DNA of 58,367 nucleotides, the filler included, from Thelocarpon superellum (Eukaryota): the NCBI GenBank assembly GCA_026025795.1. It is 5 parts of 5 records of this genome, joined end to end, with 100 filler letters (N's around TTAATTAATTAA, not from the genome) between each part and the next. Parts side by side here need not be neighbours in the genome. Positions count along the whole stretch, not along the records: positions 1 to 11,680 come from JAPEUG010000496.1; positions 11,781 to 23,456 come from JAPEUG010000497.1; 3 more parts are not named here. One strand, written 5' to 3'. A program made the translations under genes and the position numbers. Shown in pieces: positions 1 through 12,125 of the stretch. Each line of letters begins with the position of its first letter. Position 1 is the stretch's first letter. The notes beneath the pieces are model-generated. The model was given only the letters and a program-made list of their open reading frames with translations. It did not search any database and was not told the DNA's origin.

Positions 1-1368
1 CAGAATACGAGCACCATGCGGACTACGAGAGTCGGATCAACGGCACAAGACGAGTGGGGGATCGTAGCCGAGGGCGCGCCAGGCGAGCAGCACAGGATGG
101 AATGGGTAACTTCGGTCGTTGGGCGCCCGCGCGAGAGGCTTAGCTCTGCTGAGAGAGTGGGGGAGCTGAGTGCATACCTCCTGAGAACTTACCGCCAGAT
201 ATTCTATGTTGGCCTAGACGCCGCCGCGCTTTTGGGCGAAACCCGGCCTCCAGTGTGTGTTGATGGCGGTGAGTGAACAGGACAAGCGCAGAGCGGCGCG
301 GCTTAGGGGACCAGGGTCGGTGGGCACGAGGTGACGTGGGGCTCGAATTTACCAGGACTAGTTGACCGGAACTCCTACTAACGACCAGTAGTCGAAGCTG
401 CTAACAGCTACCTGTATGATTTTCTCTAGACGCCCGGGGATGCGGCCCGGCATCTCATGTTAGGTGGGTGGGGAGTGGAAGTGTGAAGGCCTTATCCGAG
501 TACTCGTTCTCCTAGGATACAAGTACGAAGTACTTGCACGCCGCTGAGGGCCTCCTTGATGGAGCTAAAGGCGATCGCGCCGTCCGAGGGAGGCATTGCG
601 TGCAGCCGAGCAGGGACTACGAGTGCGCAGGCGTCAAGCGTGTCCGCAACCTGCTGGGCAACTTTCCATATGTTCACGAGGTCGACCATAAATGCACGCG
701 GCCTGTAGAGCTGTACTTGGATCGGACAGGAGTGGATGTGAAGTGGTGCGTCTCATGGCAGGGAATCGGTCAAGGGCATTCGCGGCCACGCCCCGGTTCG
801 GCAAGCGTTGGCTGTCACCAACGAGCATCCTTCGAGATGCTCCACCCCGTCCCCCGTCCAAGGAATTAACGACGGTGGCGTGGCGATCTCAACCCAACGG
901 CCCACCACCCTCCTCCCGCGGCCGCTTGCCTCAACTCAAGCGCGCCAGCAGGGACGGACATGTAGCCGCGACCGCGCACACCAAAAAAAGGGCTGGAGGG
1001 CGCGTGCATGGCCAGTGCAGCTCTCAACCCAAGGCGCCGGGACCGTCCGGCCAAGATAGCAGCCCAGCTTGATTAAAGCTACTGCAATGCACTTTACAAA
1101 TCACCCAATCCCCCAGTCCCGCCCGGCTTGGGTGCGCGTTTGCTGGCCCGTCCGAATCCCCGTAGATCGCGCTCATCGCGTCGGCGACATGGGTGAAGTG
1201 GACCATGAAAACGGTCCGGCCCTTGCTGCGGCTGCTCGCCCTTGACTCGTCCGCCGTTCCGCTGCCGGCCCTCCCCTGCTTCTCCTCGACGAGGAGTAGA
1301 GGACGTCTTTCGCGTCCGCTGGTGTCTTATCCTCCTTCCCCACATCCAGCGATGGAGGGCTCTTCTCC

Positions 1369-4300
1369 ATGGCAGGGACCATGAACAGGCCGTCCCCATA
1401 CTGGGACGGCGATCGATACCACACCCATTTCTTTTGTGCCATCTGTGGCGGTCCCTTTGCCCGTGTGTATCGTACCGACCATGGGCCCGGCCAGACGACT
1501 ACCGCGGCGGATGGGACGAGAGCGGAGCTGGAGAAGCCGGCGGAAGACCGCTTCTCCATCCCGGCCCACGCCAACCACGTCCTCTCGGCCGAGGAGCTCC
1601 GCGAGAATGGCAACGACCCCTCCCTCGCCCATGCCCGGAAGGCCTACGATGGTGCCTGCATCACCGCCACGGATATGGAATGGACCGCGGAGCTACGAGC
1701 GCTGATCCACTGTGGTGCTCAGCATCAGCCCGGCGGAGGCTTGGTGAATGCCACGGATCGAGGAGATCACGTCTACCTCACCGGTCGTGGACGGGTGCGA
1801 CAGGATGCCTCGTGGGCCGACGCTCATCCCAGCATCCATCACGACCTGGACGCCGAGCCGGAAGAGGGAGAGGCAGATGTGAACTTCGCCGACGGTGACC
1901 TCTCCTTCCACATGTATCAAGAGCCCAATCGCCACGATCGTAAATTCCGCATCAGTAGCATCCCCTTCCACGCCAATTGTTGGGACATTCTGTCCCAAGC
2001 CCTGCTTTGCGCCCACGTCGCCTGCCGGTTGCCCGACCCGCCGCAGCACGAGACGGTGACCCTGACCGAGATTTGGTCCTACCTCAGCGATCTGATCCCC
2101 GTCGCTGTCGATGGTAAGCTGGCCGATCTGCACGTGGAGGAGCTGGCCCGCGGCGACGCCCCCGAACCCATCACTCGACTCGCCATGGGCTGTGTGGGTG
2201 GCCGGGGCTATCGCGAGGCGCAAGTGTGCGGCGACGGGAAGACCTGGCTCCATCTAGAGGGATTGCATGTACCTCCACCCTACCTCCTACCACTCTTGAC
2301 CAGGCACCGCTGACCCCTGACGTCTTGCAGTGGTTGGCCGTCAATCCTCGACGGACGCTGAAGTTCGTTTCGTTGTGGCCCTCGGCCCGGTCACGAGCAG
2401 GCACGGGCGCGCGCCTCCGTCACCAGCCACGCGATCCCTTTGCCGGCCTCCCACATGAGGTACTGGCGGAAGTGATGACGCACCTGAGCTGCACCGAGGT
2501 GCTCCGATGGCGCGTCGCCTCCGCCGCCACCTTCGCCGTCGAGATCCCCACGCGTGAGTACCAACGCTTTCTCCGCGAGGAGATGCGCTTCCTTCCCGGC
2601 TTTCATCACAAGCTCGAGGCCGCGGTGAAGCAAGATCGGTCCGTGCGTCTAGATTGGCGCCAGATGTTCGAGAAATACGCCGCGGCCTGTCTCCAAAACT
2701 CGGGCTTGCGCAATCGTCGTCGCATTTGGAGAATCGTGCAACCCATGGCCGAGGCCATGGTCGAGACCTCGCAGCACCGCCTCCGCGTGATGGGAGGCTG
2801 GCCCGCCGGGGACGCGCCCAGCATCACCATGGCCCGTGGAAGCACTGGAGTCAGGTCTGGACAAGAGGGCCACCGACAGACGGTGCTCTTTGCCCAGGCG
2901 CCCCGAGTCGCTCGCGACGCTGGCGAGGGGGGACCCTCCCCGACCGTGAGTGCCGGGAGCCATGCATCGGCGCCTCTACCCGAGGAGAGCCGCGTGCTGG
3001 GTCCGCGTCACTTCGCACATGCCCTCGATGGCATCAGAGTCTGGCTTGACCTCGACGGGGGACATGTGCGGGGGTTCGAGTTTGACTTCTTCGTGGATTC
3101 TCCGCCGCCCAACGACATCGAGGGCCCCTTGCGCCGACGCTTCGGAACGCGGACGGCCCATGTCACCCGCGTACCGATGGTCTCTCCTGCCTCTGCCTGC
3201 ACCGGGCTGGTAGTGTGCTGGTACGACGGGTGCGTGCGTGGAATTCAGTTTGTCTTTGAGGATCTGACTTGCATGGCCACGGAGTTCTGTGAGAATGAGA
3301 CCATGTCACCGCGCCTGGGCACATGGCGCGGTCCCGCGCGCCGGCTGGTGGCCCCGCGCATGTACCGGACGCTGGCGGGCTTCAGCGGCTTCGTCAACGC
3401 CGCCGGAAACATCGAGAGCCTCGCCATTCTCGAGGAGAAGCTGAGCGTGCCTATCGCCGAGGGACCGCGGGTCCTGTGGCCGCCAGACACGGTCCCCTTG
3501 TCGCATCAGGAGGCCTCGCTCTGGGCCAAGGTGCCTCCCAACGACGTTTGTCTTCTCGAACGAGAAGGACCACGGGTGCACGACTGGCGACTGTGGTCAG
3601 CCCAACACGAGATCATTGAGCGTACGGCGTTTTGTGGCCCCCCCGGAGTCCTCGAGCGAATCTCGTGCCACGCGGCGGATGCGCATCTGACGGGGCTACG
3701 CTTCACCTACCGCGACACGCACGGCGAAGCTCACCACCACGATCTCGGTGCATGCACAGGTGCGCCGCAGACCTCGGTGGCATTCAGCGAGCTTGACGAA
3801 ATCACTGCGGCCGCCATCAGCTATGGTGAGGGTGGCGTGCATAGTGTCCAGCTGCTCACGTCGCACCTCGTGGGCCCCGCGACCAGCGAACGCTACCTGG
3901 GCAGGCAAAGCATCTATGCGCAGGACCCGCTAATTCCTCGCGAGAAGGCGAAATGGGGCCGTCTGACGTACCTCCGGTTGCCCATCATTGGCTTTCACTG
4001 TCTCTACGACGACGAGCGGCAACGTATCCGGCAACTTGGCCTGGTTACGCGTCCGGAGATGATGGACCGGCACACGCCGGCGGGGTGGAGCAGCTCCGGC
4101 ACGGGGACACCGCGCGGGCAGGCATCGGACGCGCTCTCCTTGCGCCCACCGCTGGTGGAAACAGATGAGCTTCGCCATCCCTGGGCGGATGGGGCTCCCC
4201 CGAGCAACATCTTCATCCCTGGACGGAAACACAGCGACTCCCTGAAGAGCATCGCCACTCCCATTGGCGCCACCTATACTGGCTGGATTGATCTTCGCCA

Positions 4301-6148
4301 CGGCATCACACGACTCATCATCTATGGCGAGATGGAGGGCATCCAGTGCGTCTATGGTTCGCCCGACCGCGCCGACATGCATTTCGGGAACACCCGCTTG
4401 GCCTCGTCCCACCTGGGATATGAATCCCACAAGTCCGGACGGCGTATCGTCGGGATCGCGCGAGAGGCGGCTGTTACCGCGTCGCGCGGACACGATCCAG
4501 ACGCACCGCGTGTCCCGGGCATCCGGGTGAGTGAGGTTGAAACTGTCATGGGCGACGCAGCGACTGACCGCATGCAGCTGTTGAATGGCGAAGAGATGAT
4601 GCAACCGGCATGGGACCTCGAGGTGTCATCGGAGTGCCTCGCGGGCATTCAATTCCACTTCTCGGCGCAACGGATCGTCGACTGGCGACCGCTCTTCGCC
4701 TTTTCGCACCTCCCAAAAGGCCGGCGCAGCGCGCTGTGCAAAGCGGAGCATCTGCGCAATCACTGGAAAACGCCCCTCGTCGCGCACGCCTGGCCGTTGG
4801 CGGAAACGGACGAGGAGGTGCAGGGTAAGTTCGGCGTGCTGGCCGATTTCTTCGCCGAGCCCGATGGGAGCGGGAGGGTGGATGGGGTGCGGGGTTATGT
4901 CAGATATCAGCGCTTCTGTGGCCTCCGCTTTCGCCGCCATGGCGTGTGGGACGAGGTGGGGTTGGGCCAGATGTCGCCTTACGAGACGGAGTTCCTTTTG
5001 CAATCTGGCGAGCACTTTACCTCGATCTACGTGTCGGAGACGGCCCAGTTTGGGTCGGGCGGCGCGCTTGCGGTGAGTGGCAGGATGAGGAGTTGGTCGT
5101 GGGGTTGTGGGATGGGTACTGACGTCGCGCAGCTCTGCACCAACCAAGGCCGCAGCACGAGCTGGATCGGATATTCGCTCAGCGGGGTGTCGGTGTGCAA
5201 ATCGGCCCCAATCGGACGGAAGATGGTGGGCATCTACCTGACGTATTCGGACGTGAGTTGGTTTCTGTCCTCATCGCGTACGGTGTGGCGCGTGGTGCAT
5301 CGAGCTGATGAGGGCTAGCCCGAACGGTGTGATTCGATTGGCATCATCCATAACGAGGCCGCGGGACATCAGACGCGGGGCCCGGGATCGAAGGTGGTGC
5401 CGCCTCCGCCGAGCGAGGTGCCGATGCATGACCCGACGACGGATCTCGAGTGGGCCGTTAATCCCAGACATGTACCAAAGGCGTACGATGTTGAGAGTGG
5501 TCTTTTTTTCCAGCACAGGATCCGTTGGGCGCCGCAGCGGGCCTACACGCTCTTCGAGCCCGGGCGCTTGCAGCACGTGGACGCCTATCTCAACACGGTG
5601 CGGGGACGATATGGGTTGAAGGCTCTCCGCTTTCGCGGCGACGGCTCGATGGGAACGATTCTCCTCGGGGACTGGCAGGTTCGCTTCGCTCGCCTGACGG
5701 GGTCACATATCATGTCCATCGCCGGTGCGTGATGCCCCATCTCCCCCGATTCCTGTCATGTGGAAGGTTGCTGACTCCCGTCCGATAGGCGCCGCGGGTG
5801 AGCGGATTGTCACGATCCGGCTGGTCTTCTACGACGCGCGTGAACTGGGAATGCGAATCATCGGACTGGAATTGCAGACGGACCGGGGCCGGATACAAGA
5901 TGTGGCCGACTGGACGGACTACACCTCGGCCCCACCGCCGGAGGCGCGATTGATTCGACGCGAGTTGAAATGTCCGCGACTGCGCGAGATTGTGGGATTC
6001 CACTATGTGATTGGGGTATGATGTGCCCCGACCAAGCTCCTCGGGCGGGGCCTCGCACGCTGACCGTTGGTGGGGACAGCTGTACGTGCACGACATCGGA
6101 TTGATCACGCGGAAGGTTGGTAGAAAGCGTCGGCATGAGCCTCGCTGA
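1369..6148 (+). CDS. Large F-box protein (~1470 aa) with N-terminal CxxC domain and ~5 tandem beta-prism/jacalin-like (DUF7600-like) modules
   Basis: Hand-spliced exons 1369-2268, 2331-4526, 4578-5072, 5133-5252, 5319-5724, 5789-6015, 6080-6148 total 4413 nt (1471 codons). All introns are GT..AG, 51-66 nt, with CTGAC/CTGAT branch sites. N-terminal FCAICGGPF...W...LRAL...YLTGRG...FHANCW pattern; F-box DPFAGLPHEVLAEVMTHLSCTEVLRWRVAS followed by DW...GLRNRRRIW as in fungal F-box proteins. Confidence 0.8.
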
Positions 6149-7056
6149 TGAAGGGATGAGGACATGGCTGGGTGGCAGTCTGAAGGCGGCATTCGATCAA
6201 TCGTTTTGTAGAACGTTTGGGTGGCAGACAGGTTGATTAGCGACGTCGCTTGTGAGCCGCTCTTTGACGAGGGAATCACGGTCCTTCGTCGGCGTGCCCT
6301 TTCTTTCGTAGGGCATTCATTGATGATGTCTGTGGGAACGATAGATCTGCAGTACGATGATTAGCATGAAGCCAGACGTCTCGGTCTGCTGATGTCTCGT
6401 AGGACAGGGCACCCCAGGCTTGGTTCTGCTCGTGTCGAAGGGCAGGAGGCAAAGTGGAACCTGGATTGGTGCCCGGACAAAGACCGCCAAGGAGTGCGCC
6501 CACTCGGTAGCACGAGTACCGAAGTGGGAATGCCAACAAAGAGACACCCCGCACTAATCTTACTCGCACGGTACTCGTACAAGCAACTGCCCGTACGATA
6601 GTGCGCCCCGTTCTATTATTCTTCCGAGGCTGACGAGTTCGCTTACGACTACGGCGTCAACTACCTACCGTCGTATAGCACATGCTCGTAGAAAAAGCAA
6701 AGGGCACCATGCATCATGCCGCGGCCACCTACCAGGGCCTTGTCCCCACTGTCAGAAACACTCACGTTTCTCCATGAAAGTGCCGAGGACCACTAATTTC
6801 TTCTTTTCCTCCGTTCCTCTTCTGCGCCGTCTTGCGCCTATAAGTGCTCCTGCTCACCCTGCAGCAAGTCTCGAGGTAGACGGCCCGAGCCAGCATCCAT
6901 GTTCTGATGGTGTCGCGACGGTCCAACGCATAGCCCAACGTTACGTCAGTCGCTCGTCCGTCGCCCGTCCGTCGCCTGCCACCAGTCGTCCATTATCCGT
7001 CATCCGTCATCAGTCATCCGTCATTCGTCATTCGCCGATAGCGAGCGACGGAAGGG

Positions 7057-8703
7057 ATGCGGCCCTCGGACTTTTCTTCGCACCTGGAGCTGCTGGCCTA
7101 CTACCACGATCAATACGCAGCGGGCATCACAGATGGACGCTTCGCACCCTATCTCTATCCCCAGCAGCTGCTCAGCCCTCTGCTCTACCTCCTGTACCTG
7201 CTGGTCCCCCAACGTCGCTTTCCTCTCGCCAGATATCTGCGCTTTCCTCTGTTCGGCTACATCATCGTCAATGAGATCACCACCATCCTCTGGTGCAAGA
7301 GTCCTTCGACCGCCGTCGGATATGGCATTGGCATTATTTCCGTCTGGGGCCTCGAGTGGTCTGCCGCTCTTCTCTTCTTCAATGATCCGCAGAAGGATTT
7401 CCGACGCGTCGAGAAGATCACCACTCTGCCTGAGACCTCGACTCAACCCGCCTCCGTCGACGAGCCGACGGCGTTAGCAAGCAATGGGTCTGCCACCGGC
7501 ACCGAGACGGCCAATGGAGTATTGTCACGCACGAAGCACCCAATACGGGATTCGAAGACGCCAACGGGCGTCAATGGGAGCACGACGGCTCCTGTACTCG
7601 GCCCACGCTACTTCTGGCAGTCGTACCCGGACTCGCTCGGGGCGCGAGTGGACTGGAGTCTGGACCTTATCAGCAACTTCCGCGGCTCGGGTTGGAATTG
7701 GGAGATTTCGGGGATGGGCGGACCCCCTCCGCATATTCAGACACATCTCAGCGGCAAGAAAAGTGCATGGCATGGGGCCGGAGACTATTTCCAGGGCTCC
7801 TCGGGCACCTTCCGATATGTCGATCGCGAGAAGCTGCTGCGCCGAAAGTATCTGACCCTTGGGCTGGGCTATCTGGCGCTCGATGTCTGCAAGGTAGTCA
7901 TGATGAGCGATCGCTTCTTCTGGGGATTCCTCGACGCCGAACCACCCATGCATCTCCCCGCCATCATGCGCGCCTCACCTCTTTTGGTCAAGTCGTATCG
8001 ACTACTGTTGAGTCTCCTCGGAGTCTACACGGCGCTGCAGGTCATCTTCAGCCTGGCGCCCTTGGTCTTTGTGGGCTGGCTGGGCCCCCGATGGCTCGGC
8101 GAGCGTGGCGAGGCTTGGGAATATCCCGACATGTTTGGCTCCTTTTCGACCATCCTGCATAATGGCCTGGCCGGCTTCTGGAGCAACTGGTGGCATCAGA
8201 TCTTCCGCGTGGGCTTCGGCGCACCGTCGAAATGGATCATCGAGCGATACGGGTGGAACCCGCGATCGATGGCGGCCAAGGTTTTGCAGCTGGTGATTGC
8301 CTTTACCTTTTCTGGCATGATTCACCTCTGTGGCTCTTACACGCAGGTGGCTGAGTCGAGACCCGTCTTTGGATCCTTTATGTTTTTCTTCGTCCAGGCA
8401 TTTGGCATCATGATTCAGATGCGATGCACTGCGGCGTTGAAGCAAGCCGGCATTCGGGACCAGATCCCGTCCGGCGTGCGGCAAGCGTCGAACTTCTTGT
8501 TTGTCTTTGGCTGGCTATTCCTGACGTCACCGCTGCTTGTCAACGATCTGGCGCGGACAGGCGTCTGGCTGTTTGAGCCAGTGCCCATCAGTCTGGTTCG
8601 GGGATTGCAAGGAGAGGGCTGGTTCTGGTGGCAAGGGTGGCGAGGGGGATGGGCCTGGTGGCACCGCGGCGATACGTGGTGGACGACCGGGCTAGCGGTT
8701 TGA
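7057..8703 (+). CDS. Membrane-bound O-acyltransferase (MBOAT_2 / wax synthase, TRI7-like), 548 aa, intronless
   Basis: Multi-TM ORF with NFRGSGWNW, YPDMFGS, GLAGFWSNWWHQIFR and AFTFSGMIH motifs typical of fungal wax-synthase-family acyltransferases. Confidence 0.9.
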   Translation: MRPSDFSSHLELLAYYHDQYAAGITDGRFAPYLYPQQLLSPLLYLLYLLVPQRRFPLARYLRFPLFGYIIVNEITTILWCKSPSTAVGYGIGIISVWGLEWSAALLFFNDPQKDFRRVEKITTLPETSTQPASVDEPTALASNGSATGTETANGVLSRTKHPIRDSKTPTGVNGSTTAPVLGPRYFWQSYPDSLGARVDWSLDLISNFRGSGWNWEISGMGGPPPHIQTHLSGKKSAWHGAGDYFQGSSGTFRYVDREKLLRRKYLTLGLGYLALDVCKVVMMSDRFFWGFLDAEPPMHLPAIMRASPLLVKSYRLLLSLLGVYTALQVIFSLAPLVFVGWLGPRWLGERGEAWEYPDMFGSFSTILHNGLAGFWSNWWHQIFRVGFGAPSKWIIERYGWNPRSMAAKVLQLVIAFTFSGMIHLCGSYTQVAESRPVFGSFMFFFVQAFGIMIQMRCTAALKQAGIRDQIPSGVRQASNFLFVFGWLFLTSPLLVNDLARTGVWLFEPVPISLVRGLQGEGWFWWQGWRGGWAWWHRGDTWWTTGLAV

Positions 8704-8745
8704 CCTTCAATCATTGTGACTTGCTCCGCGGCAGAATAGCGGTAC

Positions 8746-8814
8746 GGTGGCATGGTGGCATGGTGGCATGGTGGCATGGTGGCATGGTGGCATGGTGGCA
8801 TGGTGGCATGGTGG
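8746..8814. repeat. Tandem 8-mer repeat (GGTGGCAT) x ~8 just downstream of the acyltransferase stop
   Basis: Directly visible perfect octamer array. Confidence 0.95.
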
Positions 8815-9851
8815 TCTGGCGGCATGGCGTGGCGTGATACCATCCAGCGATTTACGTTTCACGGCATGATATCTACTTTCTTGATCTCACACAGCAAGCG
8901 AGAGAGAAAGAGGTCGCACAATACGATGGGTCTTGTGTTTCCAAGCTTTGCACTCGTGTGACTTTGATGGGTCCCAAATGGCGGTGGTGGGATGAGGGCC
9001 ATCCTCGTCATCATGATCATGATTTTTCATCGCGTCGACCCAATCTCGAGCACAACACACAACAACCAGTCGGATGCATGCAGCGGAACAACGCCAGATC
9101 TCATGGCTCAACCTCGTTCGTCCACGATTCATTTCATCTGCTTTCCCTTCCGCCGACTCGTCCCGACCCGTTAGGCAGCAGAGGGATGAGAGAGCAAACA
9201 CGGGTGAAGCAAAGCAAACCGGGTATGGGCCGAAAGGACGTGGTATATGAACATGGCACTTGGGCCGTCGGATGGGGTATGCCATCCTCAGAGGACTGTA
9301 TTTCTCCATCTCGTTTATCCCAGGATCTACCGGCCGTCCGAATGAACAGTCTCAAGCATGTCGTGTGAGAACTGCTTCGGCTCCACCTCGTCCAGGCCCA
9401 ATTCCAGGTACAACCGATCTCTTCATCGACATCGACGACGTCAACTTTCTCGGTCTGGATGGGATAATGGCGATGCTGGCCTCGATTGCGATGATCCGTG
9501 AGTTGACCTGATCGAATCTCTCGCCGTGGGGAGAACCTTCAGTGAGACGATCTGACAAGTCTAGCACCGACGACTTCCTCCCTGCGGCTCGAATAGCTCG
9601 TCTCGGACGAGGACCAGGACCCGTGAGAGGTCCAGGCCAACGTCGAGGTCAAAATCGAGCTCTAGCTCTAGCTCACACACGGAGACATGGCGATGGAAGT
9701 CGAGCGCCCATGTCGGCGCCACTCCCGACGGCTATGCGTCCTCCGAGACGTCGAAGGTACGTAGAGAAGAGAAATGGAAGGCGATGGAGAGATGTTGAGA
9801 GTGATGGATGATGGACGGTGTTTGAAAAGGAGATTGAAACAGACACTGACA

Positions 9852-11680
9852 ATGACAATGACGTCCAGTCGCATCCATCTCGACTCCACCAGCCGTCCCG
9901 GTCGACGAGGTGCCGTCGATCTGACGCCTGAGCTCGAACGGGAAAGATTCCCGCCTGCACCTCCGTTCGTACCACCTCTTCAACGCGTCCCGGCCATCTC
10001 GCCGCCTGGGACTCCTCCGTTCCGGTTCGTCACTCGATGATTGTTTCTATGATCCTGGCATCATGCCCGTCGTGTCCCTCCCATCGATGATTATTGTAGC
10101 CATCATTTCCATTCCACCGTGACTACTGTGGTCATTCTTACCATCCCTCACGAGCACTGTGACCCATGACCATGTCCCATTCTGATGTTGAACAAAGACC
10201 GCCGCTTCCACCGACCGAGCCAAGCATCGACCTTGACCTGGACGTCCCAACAGCAGGGATGTATAACCGTCTCCCACGCGCTCTTCGACCTAGATCTCTC
10301 AATGGCACACGCAGTGGCCGCGGTAGACAAACATCCTTCAACACCTTCCGACCTGAGCCGAATCGTGCCCCGCGTCCCTGGACAGCGGCACCGTTTCGTT
10401 TCCCGCGCATGAGTAGCTTTACACGTCCGTTTCCGTTCTTGTCGAGGACCGCGTCGGCGGCGGAGGTGAATGAGCCTCATATGCCGACTTCTGTTCCTCG
10501 CTCTGTTCCTCTTACGCCTTTGGATACCAGGACCCAGGGACACGTTGAGTAGGTCTTCTTCGCTCTTCTTCCTTCTCTATGCCATCGCTGTCTTTCTTTG
10601 CCTTGGCTCATGCTCATTACCAGTCCTCCTCTTTGCTCCTGGCCAGTCCATCTAGCTAACTCACACAGTGGGAGCAAAGTAGAACCCAAAGCAGTCATCG
10701 AGCCCCCTTGGCTACGCTCAAGTACCTACACGAAATGGCGAGCCCGGCTCCTTCCCGGACTTGAAAGCGGCGCCTCTCTAATCCAAGAGATACTCTCGCT
10801 CGCTCTCCCCGCCGGCACATGGACGATCGATCGGGGGAGATGTCCGTCATCGCGGGACGCGGGAACTATCTGTGCCCGCCTTCGACCACCGGCTTCGACA
10901 TGTCTCCTCCATGCTTATTCGTGCGATCGTGCATCCGTGCCTGTCGACGATGTCCGTGCCGGGCGCAACGTCGCTAGCTACTGGGAGGCTGTTGCCAGAG
11001 ACGTGCAGCAGACGATGCGCACCGCAGCTGTGACCGGACGTGCGAGGCCAGTCCGCTCCATCCCTGTGATATTGTTCATTGGGGACCGGTTCCAGATTTT
11101 CCAGTGGGGAGGGGCGAAAGCCAGCCCAAGAGACAATGATGGAAGACGCCAGGCCAAGAGCCACAGTGGGAATGACGAGCGCCCAACGCTCGATCGACAT
11201 CCGGCAATGGCTCCCTTTCCGGAGACTTACATCCCCTCCTTTGATATCCAGACTGACCGCGTCGTGCTGTGGGAGATGATCTTGCACTCGGTACGGGACA
11301 TGGAGAGGGAGTGGGTGGATGGACATGGACAGGTCGAGGGGAGCGAAAGGGAGGGGGAAGTGGATGGGCAAGCAGAGCAGAAAGTACGGGTTCCAGGGGG
11401 CCCGCCTGAATCTTATCCTCAGCAGCCGCAAAGCACGACATCGCCATCGCCGAACCATGGACCAACCCCGTCTTCTTCGACCTCTGATCTCCCTGTCCCC
11501 CCTGCTGGACAAGCACCACCGCCAACTGCACAAGCACCCGTTCCTCTCCCGATACAGCCGCAGATGCAGATGCAAATGCAGACGCAGCAAGTACCAGTCC
11601 AACAAGTCCCAATGGCTTTTCCACTTCAAGTTCCCGTCCCGGTCCCCGTGCAAGCCGTGCAGGCCGTTGCAGTACCGGCT
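9852..11680 (+). CDS. Hypothetical protein, Pro-rich N-terminus and Q/P/V-rich C-terminus; 3' end cut by contig end, 5' end uncertain
   Basis: ORF pieces join in frame through phase-consistent introns 10025-10197 (GTTCGT..AAG) and 10549-10668 (GTAGGT..CTAAC..CAG). The last exon is open until the N spacer. Confidence 0.55.
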
Positions 11681-11780
11681 NNNNNNNNNNNNNNNNNNNN
11701 NNNNNNNNNNNNNNNNNNNNNNNNTTAATTAATTAANNNNNNNNNNNNNNNNNNNNNNNNNNNNNNNNNNNNNNNNNNNN
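11681..11780. other. Artificial contig-joining spacer N44-TTAATTAATTAA-N44
   Basis: Six-frame stop linker flanked by Ns, 100 nt. Confidence 0.99.
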
Positions 11781-12125
11781 CTCTGCTCCGTATTGCTCTG
11801 GGGTGGTCTTTGGACCGCATCCACATCCGTGAAAAGAGCTCTCGGACCACCCACATCGTTGAGGAATGTGAATGATGAAAGCGTCAGCGCTGACCTTGTG
11901 TGTTTCCGTCGTATCAACGTCCTGCAGTCGGCATCTCTAGCGTGCCGGACGACAAGATGAGGGATTGCAGGGTGGGATCAATGCAACTTCACGTCGTCTG
12001 ATTGTGCTGGAGGAGAGATAACAGCCCCTCCTCTGCCGCCAAGAAGTCTCTGTCTGTTCTCCTATCTATCTACCCAAGGAATCTGCCGCAAGTCGCACAA
12101 TCAAGCTCCTTGATCGAGTTCCACA

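Noticed and set aside
140..215. CTGAGA plus two nearby minus-strand donor sites (GTAAGT, GTATGC), suggesting a TPP riboswitch intron
   Set aside because: The conserved TPP 3' core (CTTGAT..GGATAAT.CC.GCG.AGG) is absent. This is probably just the leader intron of a gene off the contig end.
492..1072. Several short ORFs upstream of the F-box gene
   Set aside because: No recognisable motifs, mostly non-ATG starts and no convincing splice model.
6320..6393. TGATGA...CTGA about 70 nt apart, resembling a box C/D snoRNA
   Set aside because: I could not identify an rRNA-complementary guide or terminal stem. A snoscan/Infernal run would be needed.
8415..8961. ORFs with HHATMPPC / WWHGGMVA peptide repeats (RiPP-precursor-like)
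   Set aside because: They are translations of a non-triplet 8-nt DNA repeat, with no signal peptide or Kex2 sites.
11725..11736. TTAATTAATTAA palindrome repeated four times (PacI-like, piggyBac TTAA-like)
   Set aside because: Synthetic six-frame stop linker embedded in Ns; not biological.
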